Assembly: GCA_963712165.1 (NCBI GenBank)
Contig: CAVQGY010000002.1
Span: 134,611-198,610 of the forward strand
Origin: an uncultured Chloroflexia bacterium
GTDB taxonomy: Bacteria; Chloroflexota; Anaerolineae; Anaerolineales; UBA11858
DNA: 64,000 bases
Reading direction: 5' to 3'
A program made the translations under genes and the position numbers. Position 1 is the stretch's first letter. Every line of letters begins with the position of its first letter. The notes under the pieces are model-generated. The model was not told the DNA's origin, ran no database searches, and was given only the letters and a program-made list of their open reading frames with translations. This document shows positions 1 to 9,014 of the stretch, piece after piece.

Positions 1-257
1 AATAGATCGAATACTTCCTGGGATGATCCTGCTTTCAGATATTCAAAATCAGGTAGTCCGGGACGTGCCAACATAGTACCTCCTGCTGAAAACCTGTGAA
101 AAAGACTATTCCTTAACAAATTAAAGAGATTTTCTGATTATACACTGCTCAACCATTCTTTATAGGTAATAAATTTCCTGTTCTTCTGGACTGGTTTTAT
201 TAAAGAAAAAGGCATCCACTTGAAGTGGATGCCTTTTCTTAAGCTGATTTTACTGAA

Positions 258-1610
258 TTACATATCTGCTACTTCCGAGGGTTTGAAGATCAAGAAGATG
301 GCATTGATGAGGATGCCCAGCACTGCAGCTGTCGCGATGGATGGAAGTCCGCTGGGGAAAACACCCTGCAGAACGGGGATGGGCAGGAAGCCACCGGCAT
401 AACCGATGTTTCCACCAATACCCACAACCATGATCACCGCACCTACTGCCAGATTGCGGGGATTGAAAAGACTGACCTTATTCTCCACCATCAGGGCGAT
501 ACCCTGCATGCCGATCACACCAAAGAGGTAGATCGCCAGGCCGCCGCTAACAGCCACAGGAACAGTATTTACCAGCGCCTCAAGTTTGCCGATGAAACCC
601 AGCACCATGGAGAGCGCGCCTGCAGCGATCAGGACCGGTCCGGAGTAGTTGAGGGTAATGGCCATCAGGGAGTTGTTCTCACCGTAGTTGGTTCCTGCGG
701 TGGAGCCGAACAGACCGTTGATGAAGTCACCGATGCCGTCCAGGATCAGGTTGAAACCGATGTGCTCATCCAAATGGTAGGGCTCTTCCCCTATCGATTC
801 AGCATAGCGATCCACGTAAAGGCTGATCTGGTACAGGTGGGCGGTTGATTCCGGGATGGTGGCGATGGCCATGATCGAGATGCTGAAAATAGCCGTTACA
901 ACCATCGCTCCAGTGAAGCTCGGGAAAGTGAAGTGTGGCACTACAAACCAGTTGGCAGCAGCGACTCCGGACATGTTGATCAAATCAAAGGGAATCGAAA
1001 CCAAGTAACCGACGATTGCGCCCAACAGGATGGGGATCATGCCCAAAAAGCCTTTGCCGCGCAGGTAAACCGAAAGAAGGATGGTTACCAGGAGGGTGAC
1101 GATCGAAACCACCCAATTTGCCTCAGCCATACCGAGGGCTGCAAAACCAAGGCCGAAACCGATGATGGCAGCAACGGATCCGGTGACAATCGGAGGAAGG
1201 ACCTTGTCAACAGCCTGCTTTCCGACAGCCTTGATGATCAGGCCGACCACGATGTTGATCAATCCAGTGACCAGGATGCCGGCCTGCATGGTGCTGATCA
1301 GCTCATCGCTGGCAGGTACGCCCCACTCAGCGCCAGTGATGGCCAGGTAAGCAGCCAGATAGCTGAAGCTCGAGCCATAAAAAAGAGGAATGAACTTGCC
1401 AATTCCGATCTTGGACAGGACCAGGGCCACAATCGTCGCTAGACCGGCAACAAACAGCACTGTCGAGACGTGGAACCCGGTAAGCATGGCACACAAGACC
1501 GTTGCCGGGAACATGGTCAGCACATGCTGAAAACCCAAGATGATCATCTTTCCAAATGGAGGAACTTCGTTTGGAAGATAACCAGGTATCTTCCTTCCTT
1601 CAGTAGCCAT
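258..1610 (-). CDS. NCS2-family nucleobase:cation symporter (uracil/xanthine permease type)
   Basis: 450-aa hydrophobic multi-TM ORF. FGKMIILGFQHVLTMFPATVL and TNYGENNSLMAIT segments are typical of NCS2 permeases. AAGGAGAG Shine-Dalgarno lies directly upstream of the ATG at 1610. Confidence 0.85.
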   Translation of the reverse strand: MATEGRKIPGYLPNEVPPFGKMIILGFQHVLTMFPATVLCAMLTGFHVSTVLFVAGLATIVALVLSKIGIGKFIPLFYGSSFSYLAAYLAITGAEWGVPASDELISTMQAGILVTGLINIVVGLIIKAVGKQAVDKVLPPIVTGSVAAIIGFGLGFAALGMAEANWVVSIVTLLVTILLSVYLRGKGFLGMIPILLGAIVGYLVSIPFDLINMSGVAAANWFVVPHFTFPSFTGAMVVTAIFSISIMAIATIPESTAHLYQISLYVDRYAESIGEEPYHLDEHIGFNLILDGIGDFINGLFGSTAGTNYGENNSLMAITLNYSGPVLIAAGALSMVLGFIGKLEALVNTVPVAVSGGLAIYLFGVIGMQGIALMVENKVSLFNPRNLAVGAVIMVVGIGGNIGYAGGFLPIPVLQGVFPSGLPSIATAAVLGILINAIFLIFKPSEVADM

Positions 1611-1788
1611 TAATTCTCTCCTTAACTAATGATATTGACCATTCTATTGAAAAATGAATACGAGTAGATCTGCGAAATATTCCCCTTCACCTCCTTCTCC
1701 AGGCAATTCCATTTCCTTCGACTAAGATATTTAACCCGGATTATAGTAAGTAGTAATGCATCTCCGGTACATTCCTTAAGATTTTAAT

Positions 1789-1814
1789 CAAAAAAGAACC
1801 ACCAAAATGGTTCT
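1789..1814 (-). terminator. Intrinsic terminator ending the Mo-hydroxylase operon
   Basis: On the minus strand, an AGAACCA-TTTTGG-TGGTTCT hairpin is followed by a T-run. It lies about 170 nt downstream of the coxG-like stop and upstream of the permease gene. Confidence 0.55.
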
Positions 1815-1986
1815 TTCTCACTCCTTCAAGGTTTATAATCCCGAACGGTTAAAATCCAACCCCGGTGCTTTTGAAGATTTGAAATCCTCTTGTGTGTCCC
1901 CATATCAATCTTCATTCTAATCAATCCTTGGATTGTGTCAATGATTGATTCCACCACAAAACTCCCATTAAATGGCAATCAATGGA

Positions 1987-2595
1987 TCAGGTCAAGCTGA
2001 ACAGCAAGATCAAGCCAATCACTGCCAGGATGCCAATCCCCACAGCCCATTTCACCCAGGGAGCTCCCAATAAATCCCGAGCCACTGCAGCTGCATAATC
2101 ACTTTCAGCGGCCTTTTGATACGAAACCTCCCGATCTTCCTCAGCAGCGGCCACACGTTCTGCCAAAACATTATCGAGTGTCTCAAAAGCCTGGCTGATG
2201 ATACTTTTAGCCACTGTATCGATCAAACGTTGCCCAACAGCAGCCAATTTACCCCCGATCTGAACTTCTCCAGTGTAGCCCATTAGGGTTTGATTATTGC
2301 TTTGAGGAGTAAGAGTAACATCCCCGGTTCCTTTCATGAAGCCTGGTTTTCCGCGCCCCTCAACTGTCATGGTATAGCTGACAGGGTGATCCTCATTGGA
2401 GATCACCAGCTGACCAGAGAACTCCCCCGCCACTGGACCTACGCGGACGTTCATGACCGCTTCGTAGGTATTTTCTCCAACCAGTTCCATCTTTTTTGTG
2501 CCCGGAAGGGCCGCAGCCATCACCTCGGTATCTCTGAACAGATCCCAGACTTGCTGCTGGGTGCCAATAAATATATGTTCTCCATCAACTTTCAT
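1987..2595 (-). CDS. CoxG-like SRPBCC protein with C-terminal membrane anchor
   Basis: MKVDGEHIFIGTQQQVWDLF...GPVAGEFSG is CoxG/SRPBCC-like, and the hydrophobic tail is WAVGIGILAVIGLILLFSL. I place the start at 2595, where GGAGGGAGGAAGAAG precedes the ATG. The ORF-track start at 2625 has no such site. Confidence 0.8.
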   Translation of the reverse strand: MKVDGEHIFIGTQQQVWDLFRDTEVMAAALPGTKKMELVGENTYEAVMNVRVGPVAGEFSGQLVISNEDHPVSYTMTVEGRGKPGFMKGTGDVTLTPQSNNQTLMGYTGEVQIGGKLAAVGQRLIDTVAKSIISQAFETLDNVLAERVAAAEEDREVSYQKAAESDYAAAVARDLLGAPWVKWAVGIGILAVIGLILLFSLT

Positions 2596-4942
2596 CTTCT
2601 TCCTCCCTCCGGTGGAGCAGCTCATATAGTCGATTTGGGCTCAGCGGCGTTTCCGTGATCTCCAGGCCAAATTCCTCGAAAGCGTTTTCCAGGGCCTGGG
2701 CAAAAGCAGCCGGCACGGGAATGGCTCCTGCTTCTCCTACCCCCTTTGTCCCTAATTTGTTATTGGGAGCTGGGGTATTTTCATGATAGACCTCAATTTT
2801 GGGCGGCATTTCTGTCGCGAATATTAACAGGTAATCCGCAAGGCTGGCATTCATCAGCTGACCATTCTCATCATAATGCAGCTTCTCATAATAAGCATTA
2901 CCTATACCCATGGATACACCGCCGTGGATCTGGCCTTCCACCACCAATGGGTTAAGCATGGTACCGCAGTCTTCCACGGTGATATATTTAAGGATCTTGA
3001 TCATCATCGTTTCCGGGTCCACTTCCAGGATCATGCCATGGACACCAAAAGCGGTCGCGCCGTAAGCAGGTCCAAAGTACTTGGTGGATTCCAGTCCCGG
3101 TTCAGTACCTGGCTCCACCGCTCCCCGGAAGGGATTGGCCAGTACGGCCAATTCTCCCAGGCTGATGGATTTTTCAGGGATATCAGCCACTCGAACCAGC
3201 CCATCCTCCAACTCCAGTTCCCCTTCCGGCGTTTCCAGGATCTTGCTGGCCAGCTTAAGGACTTTGATCCGCACGTCACTGGCAGCTGCCAAGACTGCAT
3301 TCCCGGCCACAACAGCTCCCCGGCTGGCAAAGGTACCAGTGCCCCAATGAATTTCCGCTGTATCACCAGAAACCAGGCTGACATCTTCCACTTCCACACC
3401 CAGCTGCTCGGCAATGATCTGGGCAAAGGAGGTCATATGGGATTGCCCCTGGGTGCCAACACCCGTGGCGGCGCTGATCTTTCCGCTTGGCTCAATGGCT
3501 ACCCGGGCTCCTTCATAAGGACCCACACCTGTGGTTTCAATGAAAGGCACCAGCCCAATTCCGACATATTTTCCTTCTGCGCGTAACCGGGGCTGCTCCT
3601 CTTTGATGAATTTTTCATATTCGATCTTTTCAACCGCTTTGTCATAAGCTGGCTGGTAGTTCCCGGAATCAAAGACCAGGTTGGTAAATGCCTGGTCAAT
3701 AATCTCATGGTCATATGGGAACTGGTCCGACTTGATGAAATTCAACCTCCGCACTTCGATGGGATCCAAGCCTAATTCTCTGCAGCCGATATCCAGCATG
3801 CGCTCAACAATATAGATCCCCTGGGGGCGGCCAGCACCCCGAACTGGTGTGGTGATGATCTTGTTCGTGAAAACTACCGAAAGCTCACTGGAGTAGTTCT
3901 TGACATCATAAGGTCCCATGGAATGAGACTGGGTATTGAGCGGGATCGTCAACCCATAGGGATCGTACGCGCCAGTATCATGAATGATGGATTGTTTGAT
4001 ACCCAGGATACGTCCCTCCTCGGAAAGGGCCATTTCTACTTCCTGGATTTGCTCCCGCTCCTGGGTTGTGGCGTAAAAGTTCTCCTTGCGGTCCTCGATC
4101 CACTTCACAGGCCGATCCAGCTTCATGGTCAGCCAGGGCAGCACCATTTCTTCAGCATAGAACATCATGATCTTTGGCCCAAAACCGCCCCCAACAAATG
4201 GCGCCACAACTCGCACCTGGTGGGTTCTCAATCCCAGGCGGGAGGCCAAACCGTTGCGGATGGGGATGGGAGACTGGGTCGCGTCCCAGACCATTAAATG
4301 TTGATTCTTCTTATCCCAATCCACCACTATGCCGCGGTTTTCCATGGCGGCCGCAGCTCCCCGGTCCAATTTGAATTTCCTTTTGAAGACCAGAGCTGCT
4401 TCTTTTTTCGCGGCTTCATAGTCTCCCTTATTCTGGACCAGGTGGGCAGCCAGGTTGGATTCCAGGTCGTCATGAACCAGGGTATGACCCGGCTCGAGGC
4501 ATTTTTCCAGATCGGTCACTGCCGGAAGCGGTGAATATTCAACATGTACCTCTTCCACCGCGTCTTCAGCGATATAGCGGCTTTCAGCCACCACAACAGC
4601 AATGATCTCACCCGCATGTTTGACCTTATCTTTAACCAAAGGAACCTGCCTGCGGGAATGGAAGACCACATCTTTCAGAGTAGGCGGCGGAGATACCAGC
4701 GGTGGACCGGGTTCCCAGTCATCCCCCATATCTTCTGCCGTAAAGATCCCCACCACTCCGGGAATCTCTTGGGCCTGGCTGATATCAATGCTTTTTATTC
4801 TCGCGTGGGCATAATCACTACGCACAAATGCGGCATGCAGCATATTGGGAAGATTGATATCTCCCACAAATAGCGCTCCCCCGGTCAACAGGCGGGGATC
4901 CTCTACTCGTTTCACTCGTTTGCCTATCACTTTGTAATTCAC
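2585..4942 (-). CDS. Molybdopterin-binding large subunit of a xanthine dehydrogenase/CoxL-family Mo-hydroxylase (form-II-like; substrate unknown)
   Basis: 785 aa with N-terminus MNYKVIGKRVKRVEDPRLLTG. The active-site loop reads PVRGAGRPQG (AYRGAGR-type), not the AYxCSFR loop of true CO dehydrogenases. It sits next to the 2Fe-2S and FAD subunits. Confidence 0.9.
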   Translation of the reverse strand: MNYKVIGKRVKRVEDPRLLTGGALFVGDINLPNMLHAAFVRSDYAHARIKSIDISQAQEIPGVVGIFTAEDMGDDWEPGPPLVSPPPTLKDVVFHSRRQVPLVKDKVKHAGEIIAVVVAESRYIAEDAVEEVHVEYSPLPAVTDLEKCLEPGHTLVHDDLESNLAAHLVQNKGDYEAAKKEAALVFKRKFKLDRGAAAAMENRGIVVDWDKKNQHLMVWDATQSPIPIRNGLASRLGLRTHQVRVVAPFVGGGFGPKIMMFYAEEMVLPWLTMKLDRPVKWIEDRKENFYATTQEREQIQEVEMALSEEGRILGIKQSIIHDTGAYDPYGLTIPLNTQSHSMGPYDVKNYSSELSVVFTNKIITTPVRGAGRPQGIYIVERMLDIGCRELGLDPIEVRRLNFIKSDQFPYDHEIIDQAFTNLVFDSGNYQPAYDKAVEKIEYEKFIKEEQPRLRAEGKYVGIGLVPFIETTGVGPYEGARVAIEPSGKISAATGVGTQGQSHMTSFAQIIAEQLGVEVEDVSLVSGDTAEIHWGTGTFASRGAVVAGNAVLAAASDVRIKVLKLASKILETPEGELELEDGLVRVADIPEKSISLGELAVLANPFRGAVEPGTEPGLESTKYFGPAYGATAFGVHGMILEVDPETMMIKILKYITVEDCGTMLNPLVVEGQIHGGVSMGIGNAYYEKLHYDENGQLMNASLADYLLIFATEMPPKIEVYHENTPAPNNKLGTKGVGEAGAIPVPAAFAQALENAFEEFGLEITETPLSPNRLYELLHRREEEDES

Positions 4943-4995
4943 TTCAGCACCTCATCTGGATATCTCATCAGACCAACTTTGGGTTTGTTCGGATC

Positions 4996-5469
4996 CTACC
5001 TCGCCTTTTCTGCGGCCAGTTTGACAGCATCAACGATATGCTGGTAGCCAGTGCAGCGGCAGAGAACTGTGGAAACCGCTTTCCGGATCTCTTCATCCGT
5101 CGGATCGGGGTTTTCTTCTAACCAGGGCACAAGTGTGGTCAGGAAACCTGGAGTGCAGAAGCCGCACTGGAGGGCATGAGCCTCACGGAATGCTTCCTGG
5201 AGAGGGTGCATATCATCAATAGTGCCTAACCCTTCCACAGTCAAGATCTCCTGGTTGTGGACCTGGGGCGCAAAAATCAGGCAGGACCGCACCGGAAATC
5301 CATTCAGCAGTACAGTGCAGGCACCGCAGACACCATGTTCACATCCCACGTGTGTCCCGGTCAAGCCTAAATCATTCCGGAGAAAATCGCTTAACAAGGT
5401 TCGGGGGTCCACAGTCTCTTGATAGACCACGCCATTTACCGTGACGGAAAGTTCAAATGTGTTTTCCAT
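4996..5469 (-). CDS. (2Fe-2S)-binding small subunit of Mo-hydroxylase (CoxS-like)
   Basis: 157 aa with two Cys clusters: CEHGVCGACTV and CGFCTPG...CRCTGY. Confidence 0.9.
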   Translation of the reverse strand: MENTFELSVTVNGVVYQETVDPRTLLSDFLRNDLGLTGTHVGCEHGVCGACTVLLNGFPVRSCLIFAPQVHNQEILTVEGLGTIDDMHPLQEAFREAHALQCGFCTPGFLTTLVPWLEENPDPTDEEIRKAVSTVLCRCTGYQHIVDAVKLAAEKAR

Positions 5470-5478
5470 GGTTATCTC

Positions 5479-6357
5479 CTATTTTCCGCCCTTTGCCCGT
5501 TGAAAAGCCTCTTCCAGAGCTCTCCGGGTGAGGATATTTGCCAGGTGGCGCCGGAAGTCAGCTGTGGCATGGATATCGCTGCCGGGATCGATCTCATCTG
5601 TGGAAGCCTTTTCTGCAGCGGCCTCGATCAGTTCGGAAGTCACCTCTTCTCCAATCAACATACTTGCCGAGCCAGGGGCAGAAACTGGACCATCTCCTGC
5701 GCTGAGATAAACCAGGCGGGCATTTGTGGGGCGATCCTTTTTGTCCAACGTGAGCAGAGCTGCCACACCCAGAAGGGCAAAATCATGGGACCGGCGAGAG
5801 ACTTCTTTGATAGACCAGCCAGATCGAATCGGCAGCGGAGGAATTTCAATTTCTACCAGCAATTCTTCCGGTTCCATGACAGTCATCAGCAAACCTACAA
5901 AAAATTCGCTGGCAGGGACCACGCGTTCAGCTCCCTGTTTCAATATCTTAAACTTTGCCTCCAGGGCAGTTGAGACAACAACCAGTTCTGCGGAAGCATC
6001 CGCATGGGCCAGGCTTCCTCCTATCGTCCCTCGATTTCTGATCTGGGTGGTAGCGATCAGGGGCATACTTTCATGGATCAGAGGAGCTATATCTTTCACA
6101 AGATCACTTCTTTCAAGTGAAGCATGACGGACCATAGCGCCCAACCGTAAATGATTCTTATCCTCCTGGATCTGGGCAAGCTCTGGGATCTGATTGATGT
6201 CCACCAGCACTTCTGGCTGGACCAACCGGAAATTCATCATCGGAACCAGGCTCTGACCGCCGGCAAGTACTTTGGCGTCATAGCCATGTTCAGCCAGCAG
6301 TGACAGCGCCTCTGGTACAGATCTGGGAGCATAATACTTAAAAGGTGCAGGTTTCAT
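5479..6357 (-). CDS. FAD-binding medium subunit of Mo-hydroxylase (CoxM-like)
   Basis: 292 aa. MKPAPFKYYAPRSVPEALSLL...AGGQSL...RNRGTIGGSLAHAD is typical of FAD_binding_5/CO-dehydrogenase flavoprotein subunits. Confidence 0.9.
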   Translation of the reverse strand: MKPAPFKYYAPRSVPEALSLLAEHGYDAKVLAGGQSLVPMMNFRLVQPEVLVDINQIPELAQIQEDKNHLRLGAMVRHASLERSDLVKDIAPLIHESMPLIATTQIRNRGTIGGSLAHADASAELVVVSTALEAKFKILKQGAERVVPASEFFVGLLMTVMEPEELLVEIEIPPLPIRSGWSIKEVSRRSHDFALLGVAALLTLDKKDRPTNARLVYLSAGDGPVSAPGSASMLIGEEVTSELIEAAAEKASTDEIDPGSDIHATADFRRHLANILTRRALEEAFQRAKGGK

Positions 6358-6414
6358 ATTGCCTCTCCATGCGTTTCAAGCCCTATTCAATTATTTATTT
6401 CTAAACCACAGTAC

Positions 6415-7285
6415 TCAGCCCACATCCAGCAGTGAGATCTCCCTCTGCAGGCAGTCTTCCAGGGAAGTCGGCTGTCTTCCCAGCAGCCAGTGCAGCATAC
6501 GGGGGTTGCCGGAAAATCCATGGTTCTGATAATGCAGGAACATTTTAACCAAAGTGGAGACCTGATAGGAACCCAGGCCAGATCTGGGATACCTGCTCCT
6601 GCCAATCCTCCAGAGAGATCTGCTCAGCCTGGATCTCTTTGCCCAGCAGTCTTCCAAGCAGAGAAGCGATCTCTTCTTGGGATGTTAATCCAGTACCGAC
6701 CAGCTGATAGACAGCCCCGGCATGGGTCCCTTCAGTCAGCACGATCGCTGCAACATCAGCAACATCGTGAAGATCCACCAGGCAGAGCCTGGTGCTAACG
6801 GAGTAGGGCACCTGGTAAATGCCCTCCCGACTGATCCTATCCAGCTGGTTTGTGATGTTCTGCATATAAGCGGTTGGCTGGAGAATGGTGAACGGAAGCC
6901 CGGAAGCGATCAACTGCTCTTCCACGCGCAGCTTCAACCAATGATGGGGCATATCCTCCAGCTGGGGATGCAAGACGGAATGGTAAACGAAGTGGTCCAC
7001 ACATTCACGGAAGGCTTCCTGGATGACAATTTGGCCGATTTCCACTTCTCGGGGATGAATATTGGGAGGAATATGATAAACCGCTTGCACACCCTGCATC
7101 GCGTTTTGCAGGTCCTCTTCACTCAGCAGGTCACCCAGAAGGGCATTCTCCGCTCCAGCCTCGATCACACTCGAACGGTGTTCCTCCTGGTGGATCAACC
7201 CCCGCACCCGGACCCCTCTGGCTGCCAATGATCGGATGACAGCTAAACCTGTTTTCCCGGCTGCACCGGTTACCAGTATCATCAT
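6415..7285 (-). pseudogene. NmrA-like NAD(P)-binding protein interrupted by a frameshift
   Basis: The N-terminal 246-aa ORF (6545..7285) has a Rossmann motif, ILVTGAAGKTGLAV. The conserved family C-terminus (GLGSYQVSTLVKMFLHYQNHGFSGNPRMLHWLLGRQPTSLEDCL) continues in another frame (6415..6657). The frame change maps to about 6560-6600. Confidence 0.7.
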
Positions 7286-7292
7286 CTACCCC

Positions 7293-8966
7293 TTATTCAG
7301 ATTCCTTGAAGGCTACAAACCTGGCCCAACAAGACGCCAATTCCATACCTTTTTGGATAAAACAGCCAATATAATAGCGTCCACTTTCCATCTTTGCCAG
7401 ATCGGTTCCCAGGTTTTCAGCATGGATAATGCCTTTCGGGAACAGATTCAGATGCATGTCCTGGTAATACTTATCGAGGGGATAGATCTCATCCCAACCA
7501 GCCCCATACTGCTCGATCAGTTTTTGATTGGCTTCCTCGAAGGTCTTGGGGTGCCAGATACGCTGTATGGTGTTCATGGGATGTTCCATAGCCACGCAGT
7601 CCACTGCCAGCCATTTGATATCCTTCTCGATGCACCAGTCTGCGAAATCGGGAGAGGGGCCTGGATGACGGATCATATAGCGGAATTCATCCGAATCCGG
7701 GCTGTTCCAACCATATTGGTGGTACCCGGTTTTGATCACGAGGATATCGCCTTTCCTGACATCCACAACCTGCTGGATCATTTCCGGCGTGTACACGCTG
7801 GTATCGGAGACGAACTTGGAAATATCCGCTACAACGCCCGGGCCAAACCATTTTTCAAATTTCGTTTCACCGATCGTTGAACCTGCCGCGTGAAAGTGCT
7901 TCTCGCCATCCATATGAGTTGCCAGGTGGAAGCTGGCCCGGCAGTGGGCATTATTACGGCCCAATCCGAAATACTGGCCGCCCACCCTTTTGGTGTAATT
8001 CACTGAAAGAGGCACATAATTCGCCCATTGAGGGGTTTGCACACTGAAGGGCAGGGTCATATCCAGCATGTGGATCTCTTTCATGCTGGCAAGGAATTCC
8101 TTTTCCTCCATGTCTTCCGGTGCCTGGAGAGCAACTGCCCGGCACCAGGAAGATTCCACTTCCATAAATGGAATGGGGAAGATCATGATCCAGGCCCTCT
8201 GATTGGCCAACTTACTAATCTGGCCGCCCAAGGATTCAGCCAGCAAAAGACCTGCTTTGGGCATGGTGATATGGGTCAACTTGTGATATTCCTCTGGTGG
8301 GAATAACTCATCCCAGCTGGCTCCATGGGTTACTTTTAATTTAGCTTCCGCTTTATCGAACTCCCGGGCATGCATATAGCGCAAATTGGTGTTCATGGGA
8401 TGCTCGGCGCTGCCGCAGTCTACTCCGATCAATTTCAGTTTTAAATCCAGGGCCCACTGAAAGAAATCCGGTGATGGGCCTGGGTGGCGCAGATAATATC
8501 CAAATTCCTTGTTCTCTATGCCGCCCTGTGCATCCGGATTGGGCACATCAGGCTGGTCCCAGCCGTGCTTATGATAGCCGGTGTTGATGATCAGGATATC
8601 GCTTTCTTTCACTTCAACCTTCGCGGTGATCATCTCCGGAGTATACAGGCTGTAATCCGAGACTTCCTCCGAGATATCGACCACCACTCCCTCACCGGAG
8701 AGATCAGTCAGGGGGATATCGGCGATCGCCCGGGCACCAGAGTGGAAAGCACGCGGACCTACCAGGTGGGTCCCGGTGTTATTGGACCACTCGATCTGTT
8801 GTCCATTGGCTCCCATTCCTCCCCCAAAGGACCCGGTCAATCTCTTGAAGAAATGCACCTGGAGCGGCATCTCCCCCGGATAAGGCGGTGTGAAGATGCT
8901 CATCGCCTGGGTCAAATCGTACATCCGGGCTTCATTCAGTAAATTGATAACATTCTCTCGTTTCAT
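7293..8966 (-). CDS. Tandem double cyclase-family (kynurenine-formamidase-like) metal hydrolase
   Basis: There are two homologous halves (VVVDISEEVSDYSLYTPEMI...RHPGPSPDFFQWA...VDCGSAEHPMNT versus VVADISKFVSDTSVYTPEMI...RHPGPSPDFADWC...VDCVAMEHPMNT). I place the start at 8966 (GGGGAGGAAAGAA precedes ATG MKRENV) rather than the ORF-track start at 9011. Confidence 0.8.
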   Translation of the reverse strand: MKRENVINLLNEARMYDLTQAMSIFTPPYPGEMPLQVHFFKRLTGSFGGGMGANGQQIEWSNNTGTHLVGPRAFHSGARAIADIPLTDLSGEGVVVDISEEVSDYSLYTPEMITAKVEVKESDILIINTGYHKHGWDQPDVPNPDAQGGIENKEFGYYLRHPGPSPDFFQWALDLKLKLIGVDCGSAEHPMNTNLRYMHAREFDKAEAKLKVTHGASWDELFPPEEYHKLTHITMPKAGLLLAESLGGQISKLANQRAWIMIFPIPFMEVESSWCRAVALQAPEDMEEKEFLASMKEIHMLDMTLPFSVQTPQWANYVPLSVNYTKRVGGQYFGLGRNNAHCRASFHLATHMDGEKHFHAAGSTIGETKFEKWFGPGVVADISKFVSDTSVYTPEMIQQVVDVRKGDILVIKTGYHQYGWNSPDSDEFRYMIRHPGPSPDFADWCIEKDIKWLAVDCVAMEHPMNTIQRIWHPKTFEEANQKLIEQYGAGWDEIYPLDKYYQDMHLNLFPKGIIHAENLGTDLAKMESGRYYIGCFIQKGMELASCWARFVAFKESE

Positions 8967-9014
8967 TTCTTTCCTCCCCAATCGGATAACCCTGGACTGA
9001 GCCAGAGGCAATCT

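Noticed and set aside
1611-1986. Purine or other riboswitch upstream of the NCS2 permease
   Set aside because: The minus-strand leader contains a TATAAT-like box, but it lacks the conserved purine-riboswitch junctions (for example the UUUCUACC and CCGUAAAUG-type loops). The only clear structure is the upstream operon's terminator.
2585-6357. Bona fide aerobic carbon monoxide dehydrogenase (CoxMSL)
   Set aside because: The large-subunit active-site loop is PVRGAGRP (form-II/XDH-like) rather than AYxCSFR. No coxD/E/F maturation genes are present, and the context is hydrolases plus CoA enzymes.
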